The position numbers were made by a program, and so were the translations under genes. A stretch of 64,000 bases of DNA from a virus (taxonomy: Duplodnaviria; Caudoviricetes), in the IMG/VR virus record IMGVR_UViG_3300021387_000189, positions 1 to 64,000 of that record; one strand, 5' to 3'. This document shows positions 36,301 to 45,276 of this stretch, in pieces (the first letter of the stretch is position 1; every line of letters begins with the position of its first letter). The notes below the pieces were generated by a model. It did not search any database. It saw only the letters and a list, made by a program, of their open reading frames with translations, and had not been told where the DNA came from.

Positions 36301-39004
36301 CAAGAGTAGAGATCACACCAAAGACTCCTCCTGCACCTAGCATTGCAAACAAGACATTTGCAAAAGAATCCAAGTCTTTTTCGTTGACACTTTTTGCTTT
36401 CTTAGCAACATGTATAGTGTAGTCTACTATTCCTATCAGCCCTGCAAGGCATATAGTCAATATTGCTATGCCAGCTGTACTCCTAGTATCTAGAATATAC
36501 TTTTGTATAGCTGCAAGAGCTGTCAATATAGCAAGTTCTCCAACAAGGACTGTGATCAAGTTGCCAAACAATGGCTTCAGACCTCCATTCTCTTGGATAG
36601 CTTGATTCAGATACTGAGACAGTTTCACTAGTGCTATGATGTTGAGCTCTAGGCCTATCATCACTGCAAGCAGCCACACTAAGTTCTTGATGGAGCTCTC
36701 TACTCCAGGAATCTTAGATATAGCAGCAAGTATTCCTACAACTAAAATCTCTCCTACAAGTATAGCAAGAAGCATGCCTACATGACTCCATCCTATAGCA
36801 GACATCTCTATGAGCTTAGCAATGCCAATGAACAATATCATGTTGATAGCAAGTCCAGCAATAGCTAAGTTGAGCATCATGATATTGTTGAGGTTCTCTC
36901 TAGAAATCAATCCTACTTTGTTAGCAACCCATATCAATCCAAGAACTGCTAGCCCAGCAGCAACAACAAGTCCTATAGCCAGATAGTGGTCTGCAGTTAT
37001 ATTCACTGCTAAGGTCCCAGCAATGGACACCATCAAGATGCTCAATCCAATAGCTGCTATAGCTACAGTGAATGCTTCTATAGCTTGAATAGTCTCTTTC
37101 TGTCCTCCAACCCTCAAAGCTAGTGACACACCAAGGATGACACCTGTCATTGCTAGAATCACAAGTCCAGTCTTAGTGAGCCACTCATTTGGTATAGTAG
37201 CAGCTATGAATGATGTCACATACACTAATGCCATAGAGAACATCAGATTCTTGAAGAGCAGACCTAAGTTCTCTGAGACCTTTATGCCATCTTCTACAAG
37301 TCCTTTAGCCTTTCCAAGAAGAGCAGCAACACCTATTGCTGCAGCAATCACTATGCCATATATTGCAAGAGTAGTCCCAATGTCTCCCCATCCTACTTCT
37401 CTTATCACTAGAGCCGACAAGCTGAGTATGAACACCGCTCCACTTAGTGCAAGAAGCATGTTTGAGATCTCTTTAGCAGCATTGACTCCTTCAGGGTCAA
37501 ACTTAGAAGCAAGCATAGACAAGCCAACTACACCTCCTACAAGAGAAGCTAAGAATACAAATGTAGCAAACACATCACCAGCACCTACACTCCTTATGAC
37601 TAGTGCAGCACCTGCAAGTATGACTATTCCAAGACACAGGTTCATTATTGTCTTGTTGACAAACTCTGTGAACTTAGTCAGATTCTTAGGATCTACATTG
37701 TTAGTAGCTTCTACAATGCCTTTCAACAAGTACTTGATTCCAACAACAATAGCAGCCATCACTGCTAGTGTCTTCAGTGGCTCAAACTGAATCAAGACTA
37801 GAGACATCAAGCCAATGCCCATTGCACAAAGAGTCAAGTCTTTCACAAGATGAGATATGCTTCCAATAGTCTTAGACAGCTGCTTGTTAGACATTGTCTC
37901 TTCAACTTCTGCAATGACATCTATGAATCCTTTGATGAATGAGGCAATCTTCCTTCCTCTCTTCTCTGAGTATACCAAGCTTGCTGCAAGCACTCCAGCC
38001 ATGAACTTAGCACTTGCAAGTGTGTCTATCATCTTGATGACCGCTTGCACTCCTTGCACTGCATTGCTAGCATTAGGATTGTAGAAAGCTCTCTGCACAT
38101 CAGGATCTGTCATTCCAACAGCAATGTTCTTCAAGAAAGTCACCATTGCTTTGTCAATTCCCATCCTAAGAGCAACATGAGCAATGCCTATTCTCCTGAG
38201 GACTTTGTCTTGAGTGAAGAAGTTCAATAGCTGCAATACAGCATCTATGCCCCTTGTGTCTTGTATCTTCTTCTCTGGGTCAGACAAGAATGCATTCTTG
38301 ATTTCAGGATCATTGAATATGCTAGATATAGTAATCAAGAACTTCTTCAAGTCATCAGCAAGTGTAGTTCCTCCAAACCCTAAGAAACCACCTTCTTTAG
38401 AGCTGAGTGCTTTCTGAGCAGCTTTCAGCCTCTTGTGCAAGTCAGGAGATGATACAAAGCTCAAGAACTTGTCAAATGGTGTGATGTCAAACTTGCTGAA
38501 GTCTCCTGCACCATTCATTGCATTACTAATCTCAGTAATGAAGTCTGTAATAGATTTTGCAGCAGTCTTGCCGAACTTGCTAAAGTCTCCTGCACCATTC
38601 ATTGCATTGCTGATTTCTGTGATGAAGTCTGCTACTGATCTAGCTGTAGTCTTGTCAAGCTTCTTCAGATTCTCAATGTTTGGTATTGAGGCAAGAAGAG
38701 AGATGAAGTTCACAAAGTTTGTGAATGAGCCTTGAGGTCCCATGACATCTAGATTCTCAAAGTCTCTAAGCTGGCCATTGAGCATCTCAAAAGAGTTAGC
38801 TACTTTAGCTATCTTGTTGTCAAGACTTGAGTCTTCAGATATAGCCTTGATGAGAGACAGCGAGTCACCAGAGACAACTATCTCAATCTTTGTCTCTTGT
38901 GAAGTCTCTCTTTCTCTTGCTTCTGTTGGCTTGTTGTTCTGGTAGATTGCTGCTAGAGCGCCATACAAAGCTTCCTGAAGCTCTCTCTTGAGTTGCTCAT
39001 CCAT
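33308..39004 (-). CDS. tape measure protein
   Basis: 1898 aa, alpha-helical, long hydrophobic Ala/Gly/Leu-rich central region, repeated V..FVDAI..L.TG.Y modules. Confidence 0.8.
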   Translation of the reverse strand: MDEQLKRELQEALYGALAAIYQNNKPTEARERETSQETKIEIVVSGDSLSLIKAISEDSSLDNKIAKVANSFEMLNGQLRDFENLDVMGPQGSFTNFVNFISLLASIPNIENLKKLDKTTARSVADFITEISNAMNGAGDFSKFGKTAAKSITDFITEISNAMNGAGDFSKFDITPFDKFLSFVSSPDLHKRLKAAQKALSSKEGGFLGFGGTTLADDLKKFLITISSIFNDPEIKNAFLSDPEKKIQDTRGIDAVLQLLNFFTQDKVLRRIGIAHVALRMGIDKAMVTFLKNIAVGMTDPDVQRAFYNPNASNAVQGVQAVIKMIDTLASAKFMAGVLAASLVYSEKRGRKIASFIKGFIDVIAEVEETMSNKQLSKTIGSISHLVKDLTLCAMGIGLMSLVLIQFEPLKTLAVMAAIVVGIKYLLKGIVEATNNVDPKNLTKFTEFVNKTIMNLCLGIVILAGAALVIRSVGAGDVFATFVFLASLVGGVVGLSMLASKFDPEGVNAAKEISNMLLALSGAVFILSLSALVIREVGWGDIGTTLAIYGIVIAAAIGVAALLGKAKGLVEDGIKVSENLGLLFKNLMFSMALVYVTSFIAATIPNEWLTKTGLVILAMTGVILGVSLALRVGGQKETIQAIEAFTVAIAAIGLSILMVSIAGTLAVNITADHYLAIGLVVAAGLAVLGLIWVANKVGLISRENLNNIMMLNLAIAGLAINMILFIGIAKLIEMSAIGWSHVGMLLAILVGEILVVGILAAISKIPGVESSIKNLVWLLAVMIGLELNIIALVKLSQYLNQAIQENGGLKPLFGNLITVLVGELAILTALAAIQKYILDTRSTAGIAILTICLAGLIGIVDYTIHVAKKAKSVNEKDLDSFANVLFAMLGAGGVFGVISTLVVTSGFGAAILGGMAALEIILAGLMGVINLFITTVSRWKKLKDEYGNLESAGGEIGGAFSGFLASLVKGWAPAGALLAIVMGIFTGPLLGLIWTIGEFVDIVEQVATMKFISGYDEKGKPIYERVDPGVFGLAAATVAGGFQMFIEGLAAGFRKLGGSGSWGGKFITGGLVAMTISYLSTSIGPIMQSVGTFVDAIMKLITGTYTMTGDDGEEIKKRVEPGDFTKAANAVSEAFGKFITELGKGADGLSYSAQASINSIAKSLSPVMDSVGKFVDAIMAMATGTYTTTDEEGNQRTEVVSEPRFIAAADAITGNFLRFLEALISGTEGMKYTQRKAIKSLSEAIVPIMDSVSKFVDAVMVLTTGTVSVGIEDSFKVTKQVSPDDFSAAAKSVVIWFNVFLRVLGESMAQLQPEQVETMESISKVMKPLMKGVSSFVDSILKLATGRYVDSYDKNGKPIYKTVSKEMYGDAASTLVSSLTTFIVGLRDGLNGIAPEAEEVLMHLSKGGLKDLMVGLSNFSKVISDNLFVIEGYDKNGKPIFMRKNGELVKTEDLYPVIAGTLATSITKFVTTLRDGLVSIEKDVPGVVKALKSILGVAKPVGEWGKMMKEFDVKTDYDSITLKVSSAIVYFASSFSSSEITSFATDEKKKELSRLKTNAAIILAAAKVINNFGSLDMTKAGQQEKEFLSNLATLMSATLPDAAAKYKSTIDQYTKDYGDLADRVHKVTRIITKASAQGYMALAALVTALNSLGPTSSYIGIDLLQTKLELLEVRMTKSLPIEEFANKISSIEGMTKQVVTSSGEIKNLDEIFRQATGEINQALYNGTSNFENTLAKLLADLTKLDTGIKASIKTVKKFGKDFEDTVDKIEKKLKKNEGERNRMLKDLTTHLDTIGKKLQVISSGLKAVNESSMDKVEQLGKIFMEMQQQQMQMLIDANIIKTEENPNPQPAQPAQPSTNNVNVSAQQTPPPTYFGEEIRFVVTDATRGELRGMLQRMV

Positions 39005-39051
39005 TGTAGCATATTTATCAACAGATGAGAATAATCCGCTCCTAGAGACAA

Positions 39052-39120
39052 TTGTTAAACTATGTTAAACTTTAAGACACAGTTGTCATGTCTTTGCAGA
39101 TATTTTTGTATATTTGCAGC
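39052..39120 (+). promoter_or_regulatory. Bacteroidota-type early promoter
   Basis: TGTTAAAC twice, then TATATTTGCAG at 39109. Confidence 0.7.
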
Positions 39121-39145
39121 AAATTCATAAATTAAAATATTGTAT

Positions 39146-39394
39146 ATGTATACAGAATTAAATTTTTTGTTTGTGTTAGCTATTCAAGTGATATGGGTTA
39201 CTACAATGTTGTATGCTGTAGGTCACTACTTTGAAAGTCAAGAAAAGACATACTTCATAGTCAAAGGATACTTCAAGAAAGGCAGGATTCAAAAAATCCT
39301 AATATGCATGTTAGCATCAGTGCTCATTGTGGCAGCTATCTATATAATTGTAGATCTCTGCATGTTGGTGCTGGTAATGAATGGCATCCAATAA
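39146..39394 (+). CDS. small two-TM membrane protein
   Basis: Two hydrophobic stretches separated by a Lys-rich loop. Confidence 0.6.
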   Translation: MYTELNFLFVLAIQVIWVTTMLYAVGHYFESQEKTYFIVKGYFKKGRIQKILICMLASVLIVAAIYIIVDLCMLVLVMNGIQ

Positions 39395-39461
39395 TGTTGT
39401 TGAGATGTTAAATGTTGTTAATATGCAAATTATACAATATCACTTCAAATATAACTAGCAT

Positions 39462-40124
39462 ATGCTTACAGAAACTCAAATACAGCAAAACAAGCAAGAG
39501 TTCTTAGCAGAGATCTCTAAAGTTAGCCGTCCAGGATTAGACAAGCTTGTAGAGTGGCTCAGCAGTCCAGACCCTAAAGACTGTGACTTCTTCATAGCTC
39601 CAAGCTCAACTTTGTATCATGGCAACTACAAAGGAGGCCTTTGTGAGCATAGCTTGAATGTCTTGAAGTGCTTGCGAAAGCTTGTGCCAATGTACAACGA
39701 GCTTGTAGAAGCTAAAGGCAAGAAGCCAGCAAAGATAACCGAAGAAGAGATGATTGTAACTGCTCTCTTGCATGACTTGTGCAAGACCCAGTTCTACATT
39801 GATGTAGTGAAGTCTTTCAAGAAAGAAGATGGGACCTGGATAAAGTACAACGGGTATGACATCAATGACAGATTCCCATTTGGACATGGAGAGAAGTCTT
39901 GTTTCTTGATTCAGCGATTCATGTTGCTGACTGGAATTGAAGCTCTTGCTATAAGATGGCATATGGGATTTGCAGAAGTAGGCAATATCCTTGACTATAC
40001 GCACAAGAGTGCATTCAACAAAGCCTGGGATATCTGTCCTCTTGCATACTTGCTTCATCTAGCGGACTCAATGTCCTCTTTCTTGATAGAAGACAAAGTA
40101 TCTCCAGAGACAATGAAGATATGA
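39462..40124 (+). CDS. HD-domain phosphohydrolase
   Basis: APSS..YH....GGLCEHSLNV, LLHDLCK, GHGEKS, AIRWHMG, LHLAD. Confidence 0.9.
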   Translation: MLTETQIQQNKQEFLAEISKVSRPGLDKLVEWLSSPDPKDCDFFIAPSSTLYHGNYKGGLCEHSLNVLKCLRKLVPMYNELVEAKGKKPAKITEEEMIVTALLHDLCKTQFYIDVVKSFKKEDGTWIKYNGYDINDRFPFGHGEKSCFLIQRFMLLTGIEALAIRWHMGFAEVGNILDYTHKSAFNKAWDICPLAYLLHLADSMSSFLIEDKVSPETMKI

Positions 40125-40477
40125 ACATAGATAGCAATTTTGCAAGTCCTGAAAGAAAAACTATCTCACAACTTAGAGAAGAGTTTTCTTCTAAGGTTGT
40201 CAAAGATGCTTTTCTTGACAAGGCTATACAAAGCTTGTCTGAGTCTGATTATGAGACTTTGACTATAGTCTTGTCTAACATAAAGAAATTTGGAGCTACA
40301 GGGTGTACAAGCATTGACCTAGAGATGTTGTTTGAAGATCATCCTTCAATTAAAACTGCTGATGATATAGAGTCAAGAGGAGGGAGATTCGTAAGAAAGC
40401 ATGTAACGCTATTAGAAGCATTAGGATATCAAGTAGAAGGACTATTTTCAAACCAAATAAGAGTTAAAATATACTAA
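40121..40477 (+). CDS. hypothetical protein
   Basis: 118-aa ORF with ATGA overlap to the upstream gene. Confidence 0.7.
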   Translation: MNIDSNFASPERKTISQLREEFSSKVVKDAFLDKAIQSLSESDYETLTIVLSNIKKFGATGCTSIDLEMLFEDHPSIKTADDIESRGGRFVRKHVTLLEALGYQVEGLFSNQIRVKIY

Positions 40478-40507
40478 ATATACTAAATACACTCTCAATA
40501 ATACAAG

Positions 40508-41671
40508 ATGTTCAAGAAGACTCGAATAATAGACTTGACTTCAAGAAACATTGCAAATGATGTGAAAGTAGAGTTTGCAGAGAGATACAGTCACTATGCA
40601 AGATTTGCTAAGCATCGATTAGCAATACCAAATCCTGGAATGAATCTCTTGCCAGAGGTAGAGAAGATAGAGATTAGAGATCCATTAGAGATTGGATATG
40701 TAGGATTCTCAAACGAGAGGATATGCATACTTTGTGACACTGATGACAAGTCAATTGACAAGCTTATAGCTGTAGAGAACTACTTCAATTACTGGATTGA
40801 CTGGATGTTCAGAATTCCAGAAGATGAGAAGATAGAGATATCAGTAGTGTTCACAGGTATTCCTTATGTGATTGACAAAGACTCTGTTCCATCAGCTAAG
40901 ACAAAGAAGATTGCTGCAGCACTCAAGTGGCAATTATTGATGAGGAATCAGATGAACATCAAGTACACAGCTATAGGAGACTGGACTGCGCCAATCAGCA
41001 TAGAGAAAGACTACAACTCTAAGAAAGTATATGTAGACACTTGTCTTAATGACAATTGGTATGATGGATCAGAGAGGCCTATAGTTCATGTAGTGAATCC
41101 AATGAGTGACATATTGTATAGCATGAAGGTTCATAATCTTATTGAGGACTGTGATGCTATCTGGATTTCTCCATCTATTCTCTCAATGAAGAGCTATGTA
41201 GAGATTGAAGACTCATTCATCGGACGTTTCATCATAAAAGAATACAAAGACATTGACTTCTTGATTAACCACCAGCTTGTAGGAATCAAGAAAGGTGATG
41301 AGACAACAGAGTTCACAAACATGAATCCAAAGCACATAGCTTGCTTTGCTACTTCAGTGCATGACTTCATGACATTCAATCAAGACATTGTCATGTATGC
41401 TTCTAACACCATGTCTACTTCAGAACCATTGAAGCTCAGTCTGTTCATCAACTACACTCCTGATGCGGCTGATGACCAAAAGCTCTATGGAGTGATGAAC
41501 AGTTTCATGAACTACATAGAGAACAATGCTCCTATAATGGATGTGACAATCTTCATGTTGCCATTTGATGTAGATAATGGACCTGGCTGGGTTGAGAGAG
41601 ACAAGCTCAAGTTTATACCAAACACTATTGAATTGTATCACTCTAAAATAATAGATGCACTATGCTGTTAG
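40508..41671 (+). CDS. hypothetical protein
   Basis: 387-aa ORF; no motif recognised. Confidence 0.75.
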   Translation: MFKKTRIIDLTSRNIANDVKVEFAERYSHYARFAKHRLAIPNPGMNLLPEVEKIEIRDPLEIGYVGFSNERICILCDTDDKSIDKLIAVENYFNYWIDWMFRIPEDEKIEISVVFTGIPYVIDKDSVPSAKTKKIAAALKWQLLMRNQMNIKYTAIGDWTAPISIEKDYNSKKVYVDTCLNDNWYDGSERPIVHVVNPMSDILYSMKVHNLIEDCDAIWISPSILSMKSYVEIEDSFIGRFIIKEYKDIDFLINHQLVGIKKGDETTEFTNMNPKHIACFATSVHDFMTFNQDIVMYASNTMSTSEPLKLSLFINYTPDAADDQKLYGVMNSFMNYIENNAPIMDVTIFMLPFDVDNGPGWVERDKLKFIPNTIELYHSKIIDALCC

Positions 41672-41781
41672 GACTTATTCTCTTTGGGCTAGGAATAGCT
41701 GCATTTGTGTTGATGTTCAAGATTCTAGTGGGTATCATTGAGTTATTCGTAGGATTGCTATCTCTCTTGACTGGAAACTGA
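41662..41781 (+). CDS. 39-aa hydrophobic membrane peptide (not in the ORF track)
   Basis: MLLGLILFGLGIAAFVLMFKILVGIIELFVGLLSLLTGN*, overlaps the upstream stop and precedes a terminator. Confidence 0.55.
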   Translation: MLLGLILFGLGIAAFVLMFKILVGIIELFVGLLSLLTGN

Positions 41782-41803
41782 ATCTATCCATGTCATATGT
41801 ATG

Positions 41804-41834
41804 AAGCACAAAGCTAATCTTAGCTTTGTGCTTT
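41804..41834 (+). terminator. intrinsic terminator
   Basis: AAGCACAAAGCTAA-TC-TTAGCTTTGTGCTT. Confidence 0.8.
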
Positions 41835-41900
41835 GTTGCTTAAACTTGGCAGTCAGCTTACATATATAAAATATGTTAAAAGCAACATCTTATATGATGC

Positions 41901-42368
41901 ATGACAGAGAGAAGACGAATATATTTGAAAGACAAGCTGTATGAGCTATATACACTCTTGTATAGAGCAGCAACCCCTTCAGTAGACTTTAGAGAGCTTG
42001 TTGCTAAGTCTCCATGGGTGAAGAGGAACAAGCATTCAACTGCTTACTGGAAGATGAGTCCAGAGGAAAGGAAAGAGGCTGACAAGACTTTTGAGTATGA
42101 GACTATCTATCCTCCAGAGGCATTCACAGAAGAAGAAGTGATGAAGAGTGGAGAAGACATCAAGAGGAAGATAGACTGGGATAGCTACTACTTAGACAAA
42201 GACTCTTATGACAAGATAGTCAATGACTTCATCAATGACAAGAAGAACAAGTTCTCATCTATAGAGAAAAGCAAATTCAAGACGGAAGCCTATCTAGGAT
42301 GTGGTCCAACTACATATGACAGAAGCAAAGAGCAAATACCTGACAATGGAGAGCAAGACAAGGACTAA
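41901..42368 (+). CDS. hypothetical protein
   Basis: 155-aa ORF; LY..ATPSVDF..L and YLGCGP motifs. Confidence 0.7.
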   Translation: MTERRRIYLKDKLYELYTLLYRAATPSVDFRELVAKSPWVKRNKHSTAYWKMSPEERKEADKTFEYETIYPPEAFTEEEVMKSGEDIKRKIDWDSYYLDKDSYDKIVNDFINDKKNKFSSIEKSKFKTEAYLGCGPTTYDRSKEQIPDNGEQDKD

Positions 42369-43275
42369 AGTGATAGTCATTCCAGATGTGCATGGCAGAG
42401 AGTTCTGGAGAGGAGCAATAGAGAAATACAAAGACTTCATCAACCACCAGATGGTTGATGTTGTGTTCTTAGGAGACTACTTAGATCCATATCCATTTGA
42501 AGGAGTCTCTGTAGAGAAAGCTATAGAAATCTTCAAAGAGATCATAGAGTTTGCTAGAGACAAGACTAATGTACACTTGCTTCTTGGGAACCATGACATG
42601 CACTACTTCGACAAGTTCTACTCTGAGAGCATCCATAAAGTCAGGTACAGTCATGCACATGCAAAAGAGATTGCCAAGCTATTCACAGAGAACAAGAGTC
42701 TTTTCAGAGTAGCTTGGGAGACTAGAGTCAATGACAAGAAGATATTGTTCACTCATGCTGGTATCCTGAAGACTTGGGCTGAAGTCCACATGGGAAAGCT
42801 CAAGGTCCGTCATGGATGTATAGATGACAAGTACAAGATTAAGAGCATACTTCCAAATGAGGCTTCGCTTAACAGCCTGCTAAGAACAAAGAAAGGAATA
42901 TTGTCTCTAGGAGACATCTCAGAAGAGAGAGGAGGATGGTATGCTTATGGGTCACCAATATGGGCTGACTTCAGAGAGCACTTAGACTCACTTCAGTGGT
43001 GTCCTCCAGGAAGAGACGAGCTATGCAACTATGCTGGAGAAGTATATCAAGTGTTTGGACACTCTCTTGGGTATCCATTTGGAGGATATGAGTCTCTTGA
43101 CATGTGCTATATTGACGACCATTTTGCAATGCTAGACTCTAGAATGGCATTTGTGATATTAGACGATGGGAGCATTCATGAAGTAGATGACAATATAGAG
43201 AACTATGAGAAGTCTGAAGTATTGTATATGAAGAAACCTGAAGAAAAACAACCTGAAAAGTCATCAAATGCTTAA
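42346..43275 (+). CDS. calcineurin-like metallophosphoesterase
   Basis: PDVHG, GDYLD, GNHD, THAG and GHS motifs. Confidence 0.92.
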   Translation: MESKTRTKVIVIPDVHGREFWRGAIEKYKDFINHQMVDVVFLGDYLDPYPFEGVSVEKAIEIFKEIIEFARDKTNVHLLLGNHDMHYFDKFYSESIHKVRYSHAHAKEIAKLFTENKSLFRVAWETRVNDKKILFTHAGILKTWAEVHMGKLKVRHGCIDDKYKIKSILPNEASLNSLLRTKKGILSLGDISEERGGWYAYGSPIWADFREHLDSLQWCPPGRDELCNYAGEVYQVFGHSLGYPFGGYESLDMCYIDDHFAMLDSRMAFVILDDGSIHEVDDNIENYEKSEVLYMKKPEEKQPEKSSNA

Positions 43276-43789
43276 GTATGTCAACACACAAGTAGGATTC
43301 AGAGAAGTCCCAGACAAGATAGCATTGCTCATAAACATCTCTGGATGCAAGTGCCATTGTCAAGGATGCCATAGCAAATATCTATGGGATGACATTGGAG
43401 ATCCACTTGACACACAAGCTATTGACACTTTAGTAGAGAAGAACAAAGGCATCAACTGTGTGTGTCTCATGGGTGGAGAAGACTTCAAAGAAGTCAGCAA
43501 CATTGCATCATACATACACTCTAAGCATAGGCTCTTAGTAGCTTGGTACACTGGACATGAGATGTCAGAGATTCCAGCAGAAGCAGTGTCAAGTGTAGAC
43601 TTCCTGAAAGTAGGCCCTTATAAAGAAGAATGTGGTCCTCTTGACAAAGAGACCACAAATCAGAGAATGTATGAAGTACAAGTTGTCAAAGGTCTTCAAA
43701 AGAACAAGCTAACTGGACAACTTGAGATGTACTCACCGAAGCTTGAAGACATCACTCACAAGTTTTGGAACAAGACTACACAGCAGTAG
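43268..43789 (+). CDS. nrdG: anaerobic ribonucleotide reductase activating protein (radical SAM)
   Basis: EVPD...NISGCKCHCQGCHS (CxxxCxxC), MGGE, WYTG, KVGPY, TTNQR. Confidence 0.9.
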   Translation: MLKYVNTQVGFREVPDKIALLINISGCKCHCQGCHSKYLWDDIGDPLDTQAIDTLVEKNKGINCVCLMGGEDFKEVSNIASYIHSKHRLLVAWYTGHEMSEIPAEAVSSVDFLKVGPYKEECGPLDKETTNQRMYEVQVVKGLQKNKLTGQLEMYSPKLEDITHKFWNKTTQQ

Positions 43790-44090
43790 CTCCAGGAGAA
43801 GCCTGTACTCCACCTTGTGGTTGGATTGTGCCAGGCTTTTGTTGTGCCACTGTTCCAGGTTGTGCGGCTTGTGTCTGTGAAGCTTGCTGTCCCTGAAGAT
43901 TGCTTTGCTGAGCTTGCAGCTCTATGAGCTTCTTTTTCAAAGGCTCAATCCTCTTCATATAGTCTTGCTCAGCTTGATTGATTTGCATCTGGATTTGTTG
44001 GATGTCTGCATTCACACTTGCAAGTGTCTGTGCTTCATTCAACCTCTTTTGTATCTCTTTCTTGCTGAACAGCCTTACTCTAGCTCCCAT
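43776..44090 (-). CDS. Gln-rich coiled-coil protein, probable head protein
   Basis: Preceded by AATAAATAT; RLNEA motif. Confidence 0.6.
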   Translation of the reverse strand: MGARVRLFSKKEIQKRLNEAQTLASVNADIQQIQMQINQAEQDYMKRIEPLKKKLIELQAQQSNLQGQQASQTQAAQPGTVAQQKPGTIQPQGGVQASPGATAV

Positions 44091-44141
44091 TGTATGTAAT
44101 TGATATATAGTACGAATTTAGAATATTTATTGTCTTGAGTC

Positions 44142-44678
44142 ATGACAACACAAACTAAGAAGAAGACGTTCACAAACACAAAGCCTACTTACAAGAAAGG
44201 AGTCTCAAAGATACAGTCAGAGAAAGACACTGAGAACAACCCACTCTTGAAGATTGAGAACAACCAGTTTGTGATGGAAGTAGGAAACCTCATTGAGAAT
44301 CCTTGGATTATCATAAATGAAGGCTATGAGAACTTTGACCCTAAAGACAAAGGTTCTCTTGATGCATCTAGGCTAGACATGCTCAGCGAGTTCTTAGTCA
44401 TTCTCAGGAGCTTTGAGTATGTCATCACTGCTAGATTCAAAGTCACATACATATGGCCGTTGTGGAGCCATGGAGAGAAGACTGGAGACTTGAGCTTTGA
44501 GGACCTGTTCTCAGCTATCAGCCACAGGCTTAGGATGGAGCTCTTCATGAGATCTCCTAACTTTGACGAGATAGACTTGATGGGAATACAGTACATATAC
44601 AAGATCAAGTATGTCACAGAAGAGATGATAAAAGAGAGAAAAGCTGCAAAAAGCAAAGAAAAAGAGGAGAATAGTTAA
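44142..44678 (+). CDS. hypothetical protein
   Basis: 178-aa ORF. Confidence 0.7.
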   Translation: MTTQTKKKTFTNTKPTYKKGVSKIQSEKDTENNPLLKIENNQFVMEVGNLIENPWIIINEGYENFDPKDKGSLDASRLDMLSEFLVILRSFEYVITARFKVTYIWPLWSHGEKTGDLSFEDLFSAISHRLRMELFMRSPNFDEIDLMGIQYIYKIKYVTEEMIKERKAAKSKEKEENS

Positions 44679-44747
44679 TTTTTGTTAAACTTTCTATATT
44701 CTATACTTATATAAATTGAAATAATAAACATTTATTGTACAATAATA

Positions 44748-45203
44748 ATGGCAACTAAGAAAGACAGTAAGAAAGTCGTGTCTAGCGATGATGCAATGGA
44801 AGAGCCAAAGACTAAGAACTACAATGATCCAGTTCAGTCTGGTGATGGCAAAGCTCCAGCGAAAGAGCAGATGTTCATCCAGATGAAGGACTCATTCAAA
44901 GAAGAGCTTGACAAGACTATTGGAGAGCTTGGCTACAACAGAGAGCTCGGATCCCCAGAGATGCACATCCAAGTCTTCCAGATTTTTGATGTAGTTGAGA
45001 AGACTAAAGGCAAGTACTTGACAGAGGATCAGGCTAATCAGATTATATCAATGATTGCAAGAGCTCCTTACAATGTGATTGCTGGATTGATGAAGGAAAT
45101 CACAGAGCACCAAGAGAAGTTCTTCATTGTGAAGTCTAGGTCGGAGATAGAAGAGGAAGCAAAGAAAGCTTCAGAGACATCGACTGAAGAGAAGGAGAAG
45201 TAA
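44748..45203 (+). CDS. hypothetical protein
   Basis: 151-aa ORF followed by a terminator. Confidence 0.7.
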   Translation: MATKKDSKKVVSSDDAMEEPKTKNYNDPVQSGDGKAPAKEQMFIQMKDSFKEELDKTIGELGYNRELGSPEMHIQVFQIFDVVEKTKGKYLTEDQANQIISMIARAPYNVIAGLMKEITEHQEKFFIVKSRSEIEEEAKKASETSTEEKEK

Positions 45204-45231
45204 GTAGCTAGACTCTAGACTACAAGAAAGA

Positions 45232-45264
45232 GAGCTGAGAGAACAAACTTCTCTCAGCTTTTTC
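45232..45264 (+). terminator. intrinsic terminator
   Basis: AGCTGAGAGAA-CAAAC-TTCTCTCAGCT-TTTT. Confidence 0.75.
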
Positions 45265-45276
45265 TATATTATAGTC

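Noticed and set aside
10751-38945. Numerous antisense ORFs of 60-260 aa within structural genes
   Set aside because: Shadow ORFs expected from codon bias on the coding strand; no independent signals
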